A stretch of DNA of 64,000 nucleotides, from the NCBI GenBank assembly GCA_963758295.1, contig CAVWUU010000002.1, positions 32,001-96,000 on the forward strand, read 5' to 3'. A program made the translations under genes and the position numbers. Each line of letters opens with the position of its first letter. Within the stretch, counting starts at the first letter, position 1. Below the pieces are notes generated by a model that ran no database searches, was not told the origin of the DNA, and saw only the letters and a list, made by a program, of their open reading frames with translations. Positions 20,214-31,427 of the stretch are shown piece after piece. This DNA comes from Candidatus Eremiobacteria bacterium. Its GTDB lineage: Bacteria > Vulcanimicrobiota > Vulcanimicrobiia > Vulcanimicrobiales > Vulcanimicrobiaceae.

Positions 20214-22074
20214 ATGATGTGCCGGGCTCTAGTAGAGGTGCCCATCTTGAGTGATCGAGCGCGCGCTCTTTGGCGAATCTGGCTACTGACGTTCTGCGCA
20301 TTGACCGCGCTGCTATCGATCGCGGAACTGCTTGATGTAACAGGCGCTATCGGTAAGGCCCCTTGGTATGGGTTATGGGGAGCCACTATGGGCGTCGCGG
20401 CGTCACAACCCTATATGGCCGAGGTAATGAGCATCGATCCGGGAAGAGCTTCGGATCGCGGCGGCCTTCGCCGAGGGCGACCTGCTTGACGTGCGCGCAA
20501 ACAACCTCGTCGATCGCTTCGCGATTCTAACGAATTCGGCGCAACCTCTGGCCGGGAAGACGATACTCGTCTCGGTAACGCGCGGCACCCGCCATATGCC
20601 CCTTCGCGTCGTGCCGCTCCCTGTAAACGTCATGCGGCGCTTGGATCAAATCATCGCGCCGATTGCCGTTCTCTGGCTCACGCTTTTTGCATCAGTCGTC
20701 GCGTGGCGGCGTGGGTACGTTCCCGGAAATCTTCTTCTATCGTCGGTGCTGCTTCTCACGGCGATTGTAAGCGGTGCGCCGAGCCACGGTTTTGCCGCGC
20801 CCTGGGCTTGGGCATATGTCGTCCTCGCGATCTGTGTATTTGCAGCGCCTTTAGGTGTGGCAATGTGGGCGACGTACGCAAGCGGCTTCGCGCATCCTCT
20901 TTCCCGGACACGCCGCGTCGCGCTATGGACATGCTATGTGTTCGTTGCATCTGCGGTTGTAATCGGCTGCGCCGAACTTCTAGGAACCATCACACTCTGG
21001 TTCGATCCGGTCGGCTTGTCGTTTCGGCCAATTTTGGCCCTACCAATGTTTGCAGCGATTCTGGCTGCATTGGCCTGTAGTTTACTGGCAATAGCCGAAT
21101 GCCGCGGAATCGATCGTCAGCGCGCGGCTTGGTCGCTCATTCCGTTGCCGATTGTCTATTTATCTTTGCAGGCGTTCGCCTTTATAAACTTTACATCATC
21201 ATCTTACGCCGCATACATTGGCTTTGCGTATCTCTATAGCACGCTTACGTTTATCGCGCCGCTCGCGCTTACGTACGCTGCCGTGAACCGCAGACTCATA
21301 GATCTCGGTTTTGTGTTAAACCGAACGCTGGTCTTCGCCATTGTGTCGGCGATCGTGATTGGTGCCTTTGTTGTCGCAGAGTGGGCGGCAAGCGAATGGT
21401 TCGTGAGCGCGAGTCATACGAGCAGCGTCGTCGTCGGCATGGTAGTAGCGCTGGCGCTTGGCGTGTCGATGCGCTACATTCACAGGTCTGTGGATAGCTT
21501 CGTCGATCGGGTTTTCTTTCGGAAGCGACATGAGGATGAAGCGGCGCTACGCAATTTTGCGCATGAGTCGTCATACATTACGGATCGATCGGTGTTATTG
21601 GAGCGATGCGCTCAGATCGTCCGGCAGCACACGGATACAGATGAGGTGGCGATCCTCATGCGTGGCGGATCCGGTTCATATTTGCAATATTCTAACGGGC
21701 GATCCGCCACCTCAGAGAACGACTCCGGAATCATTGCCCTGCGTGCTTGGGGCAAGCCCCTAGATTTACACGATGCAACGAATTCCGAATTGCAGGGATC
21801 TGTCGCGTTTCCGATGATGGCACGCGGTGTGCTGGTCGGGGCACTCGTCTGCGGGTCAAAAAAAGGCGGTGAGTCGTTTGCGCCTGATGAGATCGAAGCG
21901 CTCATGGCGCTTGCGCATGGCGTGGGCGTTGCGCTCGACTCTTTGAATCGCGAATCCGGCGACTCAATCGCATCGCTGCACGAAGCCGTGATCGGATTAC
22001 AAGCCAGCGTCGACACGATGCAAGAGAGTATCGCCGCTGAGTTTCGTGGATTCAGAAACCTGCTTCGACCATAA
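20214..22074 (+). CDS. Membrane sensor-like protein: TM + PDZ-like + multi-TM + GAF-like domain (frameshift near 20471)
   Basis: IDPGRASDRGGLR/EGDLLDV PDZ-like motif spans the shift; ~9 TM; C-terminal AFPMMARGVLVGALVCG..FAPDEIEALMALA. Confidence 0.7.
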
Positions 22075-22075
22075 G

Positions 22076-22804
22076 CTATCCGCGCTGCAAATTGTTCGCG
22101 ATCCGCAACATCTCGTCAGCTGCCTGAACCCCCTTGGCATTTGCTTCATAGGCGCGCTGCGCGCTGAGGATTTCCATCATGGATTCGATGATGGAAACGT
22201 TGGATTGTTCGAGCATGCCGAAGCGAATTTTCGGACCGTTGTCAGTGCCGGCATTGACGTAATGCGGAGCGCCGGAATGGGGGGTGGCATAGAACAACGT
22301 TCCGCCGATGGCACGCAAGTGTTCGGGTGATGGGAACTCGGCCACGCGGATATGCGCGATGCGCTGGGTGCCTTTAGGCGTATTCACCGTAAGCATCCCG
22401 TCTTCGGCGACCGTCGCGGAAAGCGCGTCGGCGGGTATGCGAAACCCATCGAGGCGCCAACCATCGCCGTTGCGCAATGCGCCATCGGAACCGCGTGAGA
22501 ATTCACCGCCGCGGGAGTAAGCCCGATGACCGGCCGAATCGACAACGGCGAAAAATCCGGGTCCGTCTATAGCAAGATCGAAGGAGCCGCCACTCTTCTC
22601 GAGTTTGCCTTGTTTGAAGAAGACTTGTTCGCCGGTCGCGATTGTTCCGAGCCCGTTCTCGCCCGGAGCAGCGAGCGCGGCAAAGCTTTCCGACGAACCT
22701 TTGAAACCGTTCACCTCCGAGTTGGCGAGATTGTTGGCGATTACGTCGAGGTTCTTTTGTTGCGCAGCCATGCCGGTCGCGGCGGCGAAAAGCGCGCGAT
22801 CCAC
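22076..22804 (-). CDS. flgG: Flagellar basal-body rod protein FlgG-like
   Basis: ATGMAAQQKNLDVIANNLAN..GFK, DLAIDGPGFF, LEQSNV..M.EI..AQRAYE; GTG overlaps the flgF stop (TAGTG). Confidence 0.88.
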   Translation of the reverse strand: MDRALFAAATGMAAQQKNLDVIANNLANSEVNGFKGSSESFAALAAPGENGLGTIATGEQVFFKQGKLEKSGGSFDLAIDGPGFFAVVDSAGHRAYSRGGEFSRGSDGALRNGDGWRLDGFRIPADALSATVAEDGMLTVNTPKGTQRIAHIRVAEFPSPEHLRAIGGTLFYATPHSGAPHYVNAGTDNGPKIRFGMLEQSNVSIIESMMEILSAQRAYEANAKGVQAADEMLRIANNLQRG

Positions 22805-23406
22805 TAGCGTACCCTCGCAACGTCGTTTGCAGCCTTTTGGCGCGCTTGATCGATAGCGCCGGCGACTTTCTCCTCGCTTTCGAAGGCACGCTGGGCCGAA
22901 AGCACAGTCACCATTTCTTGCACCGCATTGACGTCGGCGCACTCGAGAAAGCCGGTACGCACCGTCGCGCCGGGATCGACCGGAATGCGATCGAGCTGGC
23001 GGCCGGAAAGCATGACGCGGCCGCGTTCGTCGATCTCGGCCCCGTCCGGAACTCGCAGACGCCCATGAAGTCCGAGAAGTGCCCGTCCTTCCACGTCGCG
23101 CAAGACCCCGTCGCGATCGCGCGAGAAGTGTCCGTCCCGCGTACCGGTTACGTTGCCGCTGGAACCTTGAACGCGAAAGCAGCCTCCGCCGACGATCGCC
23201 AGATCGAAGGGCTCGCCGGTTCGTCGCAAAGCGCCATGTTCGGGCGACGTAGTGCGTTGGATTTCCACGCCACGCTGCGTTAACGCGCCACGTGCAAGCG
23301 CTTTGCGAAAACCGTCGGTCGAGACGTTCGCGAGATTTGAGGTTGCGATTTCCAAGCGCGTGCGTGCCGCCGCCATAGCGCTAAAGGCCCATTCGATGCC
23401 GTCCAT
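22804..23406 (-). CDS. flgF: Flagellar rod protein FlgF-like (short)
   Basis: NLANVSTDGFR, TGEPFDLAIVGGGCF, TRDGHF, GFLECADVNAVQEMV..AQRAFE. Confidence 0.75.
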   Translation of the reverse strand: MDGIEWAFSAMAAARTRLEIATSNLANVSTDGFRKALARGALTQRGVEIQRTTSPEHGALRRTGEPFDLAIVGGGCFRVQGSSGNVTGTRDGHFSRDRDGVLRDVEGRALLGLHGRLRVPDGAEIDERGRVMLSGRQLDRIPVDPGATVRTGFLECADVNAVQEMVTVLSAQRAFESEEKVAGAIDQARQKAANDVARVR

Positions 23407-23447
23407 CTGCGAATGATAGGCCGCCCTTGTGACCGAAAGGTTACAAG

Positions 23448-23807
23448 ATGATGGTCAGGCTGTGCATTATGGTGGCGGCATTTTCCGTGTTGGCCGCGTG
23501 TGCTCAAACGCCGTCGCCGCAAGCGCAGACCGAACAGCGCGAGCGCGACGCGATGGCGCAAGTCAAAACGAAATACCCCGACGTGGTCGAGGGGTTCGAT
23601 TTTAAAGGCAATGCGCTCGATGTCTCCATCGACGCAAACGGTCTCGTGTCCATGGATGAAGACGCGGAAGATGCGCTCAAAGCCGACGTTGCGAAACGCT
23701 GGCGAATGGCCTGGGCAGCAACGCATCCGGGTGCGCATGGGACGATCACCCTCCGCCTGATCGACTTTCGGGGGACGCCCTACTACAAGGCCGCGATCCG
23801 CGTTTAG
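23448..23807 (+). CDS. Putative lipoprotein
   Basis: Hydrophobic signal and LAAC lipobox. Confidence 0.7.
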   Translation: MMVRLCIMVAAFSVLAACAQTPSPQAQTEQRERDAMAQVKTKYPDVVEGFDFKGNALDVSIDANGLVSMDEDAEDALKADVAKRWRMAWAATHPGAHGTITLRLIDFRGTPYYKAAIRV

Positions 23808-24077
23808 CTAGACGACTTCATCGGGAGAGGCTTCGTGCTCGTCGCGCACGTCGTCGGCATTCGGATTCATGTCCGTGTCCCCGTAGACGGCCTCGTTGCG
23901 CCGTACGTTCTTCGGAACGGCGGGCGCCGGCGTCACGGAGTCGAGAATTCCGGTGAGCGTATCGCGGCGCTCGATGTCGTTGTCGGCATTTTCGTCTAAG
24001 TCAGCCGGATCTTTCTGCGAAAGATCCGCGTCCTGACGGTTGTACGCTTGCGGGTCTTCGGGCCAATCCTTATCCAT
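23808..24077 (-). CDS. Small acidic, probably disordered protein
   Basis: Asp/Glu-rich 89 aa; GGGTAT 9 nt upstream of ATG. Confidence 0.6.
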   Translation of the reverse strand: MDKDWPEDPQAYNRQDADLSQKDPADLDENADNDIERRDTLTGILDSVTPAPAVPKNVRRNEAVYGDTDMNPNADDVRDEHEASPDEVV

Positions 24078-24113
24078 GACCACCCTATACCCGGGAGCTG
24101 CCGGTTTAGCGCC

Positions 24114-24986
24114 CTAACGCATGCGCCGGAAAATCGGCTGCTCTGCGACGACGTGACGGAACGCTCGCTCGTGCACGGTGTTTGCAAGCGATTCATGCTG
24201 CCCGAGCCCAAGAAACCCAAGATGCATCAGGCTGTCGAAATACAGGCGGTGCATGCGGTACTGAATCGCGCCGTTGTACAAGGGCAGAATTCCTCGGGCC
24301 ACGATGGCGTGGAATTCGTTGATCGAACCGTCTTCCACCGGATTGTGCCGCGCAAACATTACATTCTGGCGAAGACGCTGGCCCGCGACCGCAAAGCGGT
24401 CCTGAATGTCGAAATGCTGCGATAGCGGTGAAACGAGTCCCGCTTGGCGGCCAAGGGCAATTAAGTCGTTCTCCGTGCGGTGCTCGAAGACGCCTGCCTT
24501 CGCGATTGCCGCCGCAACGTCGGTAATGCACGTGGCGTAGATAATTGTCTTCTCCAGCATGCCCGCTTCATCGAGCAAAGCGGCAAGGGAGTAGGCGTCG
24601 CCGCCGGTCCCGCCTCCCGGGATCCAAATGCGCACGAACGAGTACGTCTGCAACAACGGTACGACGTGCGAAATGAAGGCCTTGAAAAAGAGCGGATCGT
24701 GGAAGAGTTCGGCGCTGCCGCCGCTCATTGACACGATGAACGACACAAGCGCGCGCTCGTCGTGCAACAGCCGGTCCTGCAGCCCCGAGATGGTGTCTAT
24801 GCCTTCTGCACGCATCGAATCGGCGATGCGCCGGCGGAGCACCGATTGGTTGAAGTTTCGGAAGTCGTAGCCGCCGTAACGCATGAGGGCGTCAAGGAAG
24901 AGCTGGAGCTCGATGTCCGCCAGTTCGTCCCTGCGGAGGTTCAACGCCGTCAATCCGGCGTCTACGCCCCCTACTTGTTCAACCAT
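24114..24986 (-). CDS. CheR-like SAM-dependent methyltransferase fold protein with degenerate motifs
   Basis: [41 protein letters not shown]; overlaps the kinase stop. Confidence 0.85.
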   Translation of the reverse strand: MVEQVGGVDAGLTALNLRRDELADIELQLFLDALMRYGGYDFRNFNQSVLRRRIADSMRAEGIDTISGLQDRLLHDERALVSFIVSMSGGSAELFHDPLFFKAFISHVVPLLQTYSFVRIWIPGGGTGGDAYSLAALLDEAGMLEKTIIYATCITDVAAAIAKAGVFEHRTENDLIALGRQAGLVSPLSQHFDIQDRFAVAGQRLRQNVMFARHNPVEDGSINEFHAIVARGILPLYNGAIQYRMHRLYFDSLMHLGFLGLGQHESLANTVHERAFRHVVAEQPIFRRMR

Positions 24987-27900
24987 ATCTTCAACAACGA
25001 CGTGAGCTGGTCGATGTCGACCGGCTTACTTACGTATTCGGAGGCGCCTGCCGCGATGCACGCGTCACGATCGCCCTTCATCGCTTTAGCAGTAAGCGCG
25101 ATGATCGGGATGTTGCTGATACGTTCCTCCGCGCGAATTCGGCGGATCGTCTCGAAGCCGTCCATTTCCGGCATCATGATGTCCATCAAAACCACGTCGA
25201 TGTCGCCGCGGGTTCGCAGCGTCGTAATGCCCTGCAGACCCGATTCCGCGCTGACGACGTCCATGCCGTAGGAACGCAATGCCGCTTCGAGGGCGAAGAT
25301 GTTGCGCGAGTCGTCGTCGACGATGAGTACGCGCTTGCTGTGCAACGACACCAGGGACGGATCGCCGCCCGACGGCGCCTTCTTCGCGCTTCCGAGATCG
25401 GCTTCGACGCGATGCAAGAAGAAGTTCAGTTCGTCGAGCAACCGCTCCGGCGCGTGTCCGTCTTTGACGATAATCGTCGATGAGAGGCGCCGCAAACGTG
25501 CTTCTTCGTCACGAGTCAGATCGCGGCCGGTATACACGATGACCGGAACGTTGCTCGAGCCCGGACGCGAGCGCATTTCTTCGATGAACGAATCGCCGGC
25601 CATATCGGGCAAGCCGAGGTCGACGACGACGCAGTCGAACGTCTGCGCCGCGAGCGCTGAAAGCGCCGCTTCGGCGGAACCGACGGCTTTGACGCTCATT
25701 TCGCCCGTTCCGATAAGATTGACCATCGCATTGAGCTGCGTCAGGTCATCTTCGACGACGAGCACGTTCTTGCCGCGATTTTCCGCAAACCCGAGCAGCC
25801 GGTCGAAGGTGTCCATCAACGCTTCTTCCGACACCGGCTTCTGCAAGTGCGCCACCGCGCCCGCTGCAATGGCGCGCTGCTGATGCTCGTCTCCGGAGAT
25901 GACGTGCACCGGAATGTGCGACGTTGCGCTCGTGCGCTTCAGACTGTCAAGTAACTGCCACCCGTCCATGTCGGGCAAGCCAACGTCGAGCGTGATGGCA
26001 TCAGGCACGTAACGGTTCGCCAGCTCGAGCGCTTCGCGCCCGTTATGCGCGACGATGCCTTTGAAGCCGCGCTCGCGTGCAAACGTGAGCAACAGTTTCG
26101 CGAACGTCGGATCGTCCTCCACGACGAGCAACGTCCGTTGATCCGGCGTGATCGTTTCGCGATCGTCCGCTTCGGTAACGGCTCGTGTAACGCGATGTTC
26201 CAGACGTTCGACCACTTCGTGCACGTGCGCGCCCGTTTGGGGACGAGCCTCGTGAACCACCGTGACCTCCGCGCGTTGCGCGGTCGCGGCGCGTTGCGCC
26301 GGGTGGAAGAGCGTGAACGTGCTGCCAACGCCGACGGCGCTTTCGACCCCGATTTCGCCGCCCAGCAAACCGGCGATTTCGCGGCTGATCGCGAGACCGA
26401 GACCGGTACCGCCGAACTTGCGCGACGTTCCCATGTCCGCTTGTTGGAACGCTTCGAAGATGACGTTGAACTTATCGCTCGGGATGCCGATGCCGGTATC
26501 CGTTACCGCGAAGGACACTGCCGGTCCGGGAACCGGCAACGTGCGGTCGTTCGTCATGCTGATGTGCAGCGTGATCGCGCCTTCGGTGGTGAACTTGAAC
26601 GCGTTGGAGAGCAGGTTCTTCAGAACTTGCTGCAAGCGCGTCGGATCTGTCACGATCGAGTTCGGCACGTCGCCGTCTCGGGCAACGACGAACTTGAGGT
26701 TCTTGTCCGCGGCGATTTGGCTGAACGTACGCTTGACTTCACGCTCGATCGAATCGATCGAAACATCCAGCAAGTCGATTGCCGTCGTTCCCGATTCGAT
26801 CTTCGAAAGGTCGAGAATGTCGTTGATAAGCGTGAGCAAATCCGTACCGGCCGAGCGAATCGTTTGCGCGAATTCGATCTGTTTGCCCGTCATGTTGCCT
26901 TCCTGGTTCTCTGCAAGCTGCTTGGAGAGAATGAGGAGCGAGTTGAGCGGCGTGCGCAACTCGTGCGACATGTTCGCGAGGAACTGCGACTTGTATTTCG
27001 ACGTAAGGGAAAGCTGCTCGGCCTTCTTTTCGAGTTCCGTTCGCGCTTCTTCGATTTCGCGCGTCCGGCGTTCGACTTCGGCGTTGCGTTCCTGAAGGAG
27101 ACGCGCCTTTTCTTCGAGCTCGTCGTTCGTCTGTTTGAGCTCGAGCTGCTGGCTTTGCAGTTCGGTCGTGAGCGACTGCGACTGCTTGAGAAGCTCCTCC
27201 GTACGCATCGACGCCGAAATCGTGTTCAGCATGACGCCGATCGACTGCATGAGTTGATCGAGGAACAGCAAGTGAATTTCGCTGAAGCGTTCGAGCGATG
27301 CGAGCTCGATGACGGCCTTGATTTCGCCTTCGAACAGCACCGGCAGTACGACCACGGACACCGCGTTCATGGAGCCGAGCCCCGAACCGATCTTGAGGTA
27401 ATCGCTCGGGACTTCCGTGAGCGCTATGCGCGCCTTCTCAACGGCACATTGCCCCACGAGGCCTTCGCCGAACGGCACGGCGCGGTTCAGGCGGCGATGA
27501 CGCGGCAACGCGTAACTTGCGATGAGTCGCAGGCTCGCCTCGCCGTCGGTCACGTCGGTCATGTAGAATCCGCCGGCCTGCGCGTTGACCAGCGGAACGA
27601 GTTCCGACATGATGAGCTGCGTGACGGCCGTAATGTCGCGCTGGCCCTGGAGCATGGAGGTAAAGCGCGCGAGGTTCGACTTGAACCAGTCTTGCTCGGT
27701 GTTCTTTCGCGTCGTGTCGCGAAGGTTCTGAATCATTTCGTTAACGTTGCGCGTCAACTCGCCGACTTCGCCGCGGGCTTCGATGTCGATCGTTCGCGAA
27801 AGGTCGCCCTTCGTAACGGCCGTCGAAACCTCGGAGATGGCGCGAATCTGGTTCGTGAGCTGCGCGGCAAGCTGGTTGACGTTATCCGTCAAGTCACGCC

Positions 27901-30900
27901 ACAAGCCGGCCGCACCAGGCACAGCGGCCTGGCCGCCGAGTTTTCCTTCGAAACCGACTTCGCGCGCAACCGTCGTAACCTGATCGGCGAACGTTGCGAG
28001 CGTGTCGATCATCCCGTTGATCGTCTCGGCGAGCTGGGCGATTTCACCGCGCGCCTGCAGCGTGAGCTTACGCTTCAGGTCGCCGTTTGCCACGCCGGTA
28101 ACGACTTCAGCAATACCGCGGACTTGGTTCGTCAAGTTGGCGGCCATCGAGTTGACGTTATCCGTCAAATCTTTCCAAACGCCGCTGACGCCCTGCACGT
28201 GCGCTTGTCCACCGAGCACGCCTTCTGAACCGACTTCACGAGCGACGCGCGTCACTTCCGATGCGAAGGCGTTGAGCTGGTCGACCATGACGTTGATCGT
28301 GTCTTTCAGCTCGGCGATTTCACCGCGAACGTCGACGGTAATCTTCTTCGACAGGTCGCCGTTTGCGACGGCGGTCGTAACCTTCGCAATGTTACGAACT
28401 TGCGACGTAAGGTTCGACGCCATGAAGTTCACGGAGTCGGTCAAGTCTTTCCACGTACCGGAAACACCGCGAACCTGCGCCTGACCGCCCAGAATACCTT
28501 CGGAGCCGACTTCACGCGCGACGCGCGTAACTTCGGAGGCGAAGGCGTTCAGCTGATCGACCATCGTGTTGACGGTGTTCTTCAGCTCGGCGATTTCACC
28601 GCGAACGTCGACGGTGATCTTCTTCGACAAGTCGCCGTTTGCAACGGCGGTCGTGACCGAAGCAATGTTACGCACCTGAGACGTCAGGTTCGACGCCATG
28701 AAGTTCACGGAGTCGGTCAAGTCTTTCCACGTACCGGAAACACCGCGGACCTCGGCCTGACCGCCGAGTTTGCCTTCGGAACCGACTTCACGGGCGACAC
28801 GCGTAACTTCTGAAGCGAACGCGTTGAGCTGGTCGACCATGACGTTGATGGTGTTCTTCAACTCGAGAATTTCGCCGCGAACGTCGACGGTGATCTTCTT
28901 CGACAAGTCGCCGTTTGCGACGGCCGTCGTGACCGACGCGATGTTACGAACTTGCGACGTCAGGTTCGACGCCATGAAGTTCACGGAGTCGGTCAAGTCT
29001 TTCCACGTGCCGCTCACGCCTTTGACGTCGGCCTGGCCGCCGAGTTTGCCTTCGGAACCGACTTCACGAGCGACGCGCGTGACTTCGGATGCGAACGCGT
29101 TCAACTGGTCGACCATGACGTTGATCGTGTTCTTGAGTTCGAGGATTTCGCCGCGAACCGGAACGGTAATCTTCTTCGACAAGTCGCCGTTGGCAACCGC
29201 AGTCGTCACTTCGGCGATGTTACGAACCTGCGACGTGAGGTTCGACGCCATGAAGTTCACGGAGTCCGTCAAGTCTTTCCACGTACCGCTGACGCCGGCA
29301 ACCTGCGCCTGGCCGCCGAGGATCCCTTCGGAACCGACTTCACGGGCGACGCGCGTGACTTCCGAAGCGAAGCCGTTGAGCTGATCGACCATGACGTTGA
29401 TCGTGTCTTTCAGCTCGGCGATTTCGCCGCGAACGTCGACGGTAATCTTCTTCGACAAGTCGCCGTTGGCAACGGCAGTCGTCACTTCGGCGATGTTACG
29501 AACCTGCGACGTGAGGTTCGACGCCATGATGTTGACCGAGTCCGTGAGATCTTTCCACGTCCCCGATACACCGCGAACGTCGGCCTGGCCGCCGAGCATG
29601 CCTTCCGATCCGACTTCGCGAGCGACGCGCGTGACTTCGGATGCGAAGGCGTTCAGCTGGTCGACCATCGTGTTGATCGTGCGTTTGAGGTCGAGAATTT
29701 CGCCTTTAACGTCGACCGTGATCTTCTTCGACAAGTCGCCGTTCGCAACGGCCGTCGTAACGTCGGCGATGTTACGAACCTGCGCGGTGAGGTTCGAAGC
29801 CATCGTGTTGACGGAGTCCGTCAAATCTTTCCACGTACCGGCGACACCTTGCACCTCGGCTTGTCCGCCGAGCTTGCCTTCCGAGCCCACTTCGCGAGCG
29901 ACGCGCGTGACTTCCGACGCGAAGCCGTTCAACTGGTCGACCATCGTGTTGACGGTGTTTTTCAGTTCGAGAATTTCGCCCTTAACGTCGACCGTGATCT
30001 TCTTCGACAAGTCGCCGCGAGCAACGGCCGTCGTGACTTCGGCGATGTTACGAACCTGCGACGTCAGGTTACCGGCCATGGTGTTCACCGAGTCGGTGAG
30101 ATCTTTCCACGTACCGGCGACGCCTTCGACGGCCGCCTGACCGCCGAGTTTTCCTTCGGAGCCGACTTCGCGAGCGACGCGCGTAACTTCCGACGCGAAC
30201 GCGTTCAGCTGGTCGACCATGACGTTGATGGTGTCTTTGAGCTCGGCGATTTCGCCGCGAACGTCGACGGTGATCTTCTTCGACAAGTCGCCGCGAGCAA
30301 CGGCCGTAGTAACGTCGGCGATGTTACGAACCTGCGCCGTAAGGTTACCGGCCATCGTGTTCACCGAGTCGGTGAGATCTTTCCACGTTCCGGCGACGCC
30401 CGTGACCTGCGCCTGGCCGCCGAGGATACCTTCGGAACCCACTTCGCGAGCAACGCGCGTAACTTCGGATGCGAAGGCGTTTAGCTGGTCGACCATCGTG
30501 TTGATGGTGCCTTTGAGCTGGCGAATTTCGCCGCGCGCTTCGACCGTAATTTTCTTTGAAAGATCGCCGTTGGCGACGGCGGTCGTCACTTCAGCGATGT
30601 TACGAACCTGCGCCGTCAGGTTACCGGCCATCGTGTTCACCGAGTCGGTGAGGTCTTTCCACGTACCGGCCACGCCCTTCACGAGCGCCTGTCCGCCGAG
30701 CTTTCCTTCGGAACCGACTTCGCGCGCGACGCGCGTCACTTCGGACGCGAAGCCGTTCAACCGATCGACCATTGTGTTGATCGTGCGGCTCGACTTTAAA
30801 AACTCGCCTTTGAGCGGATGATTCTCGGTCTCCAGCGGCATTCGTTGACTCAAGTCACCATTGGCGACCGCGCCGAGCACACGGCCAGCTTCCGACATCG

Positions 30901-31234
30901 GGAAAACGAGATCGTCGACCAGTTGGTTGACCGACTCGATGCAACCGCGCCACGCACCCTTCGCGCCTTCCGAACCCGCGCGCTTGCCGATTTGGCCTTC
31001 GCGCCCAACCACCTCACTGATACGTCCGAGCTCTTGATGCAGTTCTTGACCGTGTCCGATACAATCGTTGAATGCCTGTGCGATCTCACCGTCGATTCCG
31101 GTGAGATTTCCGGGCAAGCGCACGCTAAAATCACCGTCGCGCGCGGCTCGCAAAGCAGCAAGCAGAGCCGTCATTCTAAGACGGCCCGGCTCCGAATCGT
31201 GCGGTTCGGTGGGCTCAATAGTGACTGTCGACAT
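24971..31234 (-). CDS. Poly-HAMP GAF hybrid histidine kinase with three receiver domains (OsaA/group III HK-like)
   Basis: About 11-12 92-aa HAMP units, [37 protein letters not shown], three REC domains. Confidence 0.96.
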   Translation of the reverse strand: MSTVTIEPTEPHDSEPGRLRMTALLAALRAARDGDFSVRLPGNLTGIDGEIAQAFNDCIGHGQELHQELGRISEVVGREGQIGKRAGSEGAKGAWRGCIESVNQLVDDLVFPMSEAGRVLGAVANGDLSQRMPLETENHPLKGEFLKSSRTINTMVDRLNGFASEVTRVAREVGSEGKLGGQALVKGVAGTWKDLTDSVNTMAGNLTAQVRNIAEVTTAVANGDLSKKITVEARGEIRQLKGTINTMVDQLNAFASEVTRVAREVGSEGILGGQAQVTGVAGTWKDLTDSVNTMAGNLTAQVRNIADVTTAVARGDLSKKITVDVRGEIAELKDTINVMVDQLNAFASEVTRVAREVGSEGKLGGQAAVEGVAGTWKDLTDSVNTMAGNLTSQVRNIAEVTTAVARGDLSKKITVDVKGEILELKNTVNTMVDQLNGFASEVTRVAREVGSEGKLGGQAEVQGVAGTWKDLTDSVNTMASNLTAQVRNIADVTTAVANGDLSKKITVDVKGEILDLKRTINTMVDQLNAFASEVTRVAREVGSEGMLGGQADVRGVSGTWKDLTDSVNIMASNLTSQVRNIAEVTTAVANGDLSKKITVDVRGEIAELKDTINVMVDQLNGFASEVTRVAREVGSEGILGGQAQVAGVSGTWKDLTDSVNFMASNLTSQVRNIAEVTTAVANGDLSKKITVPVRGEILELKNTINVMVDQLNAFASEVTRVAREVGSEGKLGGQADVKGVSGTWKDLTDSVNFMASNLTSQVRNIASVTTAVANGDLSKKITVDVRGEILELKNTINVMVDQLNAFASEVTRVAREVGSEGKLGGQAEVRGVSGTWKDLTDSVNFMASNLTSQVRNIASVTTAVANGDLSKKITVDVRGEIAELKNTVNTMVDQLNAFASEVTRVAREVGSEGILGGQAQVRGVSGTWKDLTDSVNFMASNLTSQVRNIAKVTTAVANGDLSKKITVDVRGEIAELKDTINVMVDQLNAFASEVTRVAREVGSEGVLGGQAHVQGVSGVWKDLTDNVNSMAANLTNQVRGIAEVVTGVANGDLKRKLTLQARGEIAQLAETINGMIDTLATFADQVTTVAREVGFEGKLGGQAAVPGAAGLWRDLTDNVNQLAAQLTNQIRAISEVSTAVTKGDLSRTIDIEARGEVGELTRNVNEMIQNLRDTTRKNTEQDWFKSNLARFTSMLQGQRDITAVTQLIMSELVPLVNAQAGGFYMTDVTDGEASLRLIASYALPRHRRLNRAVPFGEGLVGQCAVEKARIALTEVPSDYLKIGSGLGSMNAVSVVVLPVLFEGEIKAVIELASLERFSEIHLLFLDQLMQSIGVMLNTISASMRTEELLKQSQSLTTELQSQQLELKQTNDELEEKARLLQERNAEVERRTREIEEARTELEKKAEQLSLTSKYKSQFLANMSHELRTPLNSLLILSKQLAENQEGNMTGKQIEFAQTIRSAGTDLLTLINDILDLSKIESGTTAIDLLDVSIDSIEREVKRTFSQIAADKNLKFVVARDGDVPNSIVTDPTRLQQVLKNLLSNAFKFTTEGAITLHISMTNDRTLPVPGPAVSFAVTDTGIGIPSDKFNVIFEAFQQADMGTSRKFGGTGLGLAISREIAGLLGGEIGVESAVGVGSTFTLFHPAQRAATAQRAEVTVVHEARPQTGAHVHEVVERLEHRVTRAVTEADDRETITPDQRTLLVVEDDPTFAKLLLTFARERGFKGIVAHNGREALELANRYVPDAITLDVGLPDMDGWQLLDSLKRTSATSHIPVHVISGDEHQQRAIAAGAVAHLQKPVSEEALMDTFDRLLGFAENRGKNVLVVEDDLTQLNAMVNLIGTGEMSVKAVGSAEAALSALAAQTFDCVVVDLGLPDMAGDSFIEEMRSRPGSSNVPVIVYTGRDLTRDEEARLRRLSSTIIVKDGHAPERLLDELNFFLHRVEADLGSAKKAPSGGDPSLVSLHSKRVLIVDDDSRNIFALEAALRSYGMDVVSAESGLQGITTLRTRGDIDVVLMDIMMPEMDGFETIRRIRAEERISNIPIIALTAKAMKGDRDACIAAGASEYVSKPVDIDQLTSLLKIWLNK
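27800..31050 (-). repeat. Intragenic 276-bp tandem repeats encoding the HAMP array
   Basis: [10 protein letters not shown] x10 plus one [10 protein letters not shown] and a degenerate N-terminal unit; boundaries approximate. Confidence 0.9.
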
Positions 31235-31321
31235 CCTGCGCAGGTGCCTCCAACGATTCAATTAGACGGACAAAGCCGAGGCTGTGGTCAGAAGACTCAC
31301 CCTCGGTCAGCATGCACGGTT

Positions 31322-31348
31322 TTACCCTAATGTCTCGTGAAATGAAAC
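31322..31348 (-). promoter_or_regulatory. SigB/SigF-type promoter for the HAMP kinase
   Basis: GTTT-N17-GGGTAA. Confidence 0.6.
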
Positions 31349-31370
31349 AGGCAAGCGGGAAAAAGCTTAC

Positions 31371-31397
31371 GTTTGAACTTGCAAGCAGCCAGGGCAT
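31371..31397 (+). promoter_or_regulatory. SigB/SigF-type promoter for the SpoIIE gene
   Basis: GTTT-N17-GGGCAT. Confidence 0.5.
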
Positions 31398-31427
31398 ACT
31401 GCCTGTAGCGTTCCCGCGAGGTTTTAT

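Noticed and set aside
26045..30821. Long + strand ORFs (727, 510, 249 aa and others)
   Set aside because: Antisense shadows of the GC-rich repetitive HAMP kinase.
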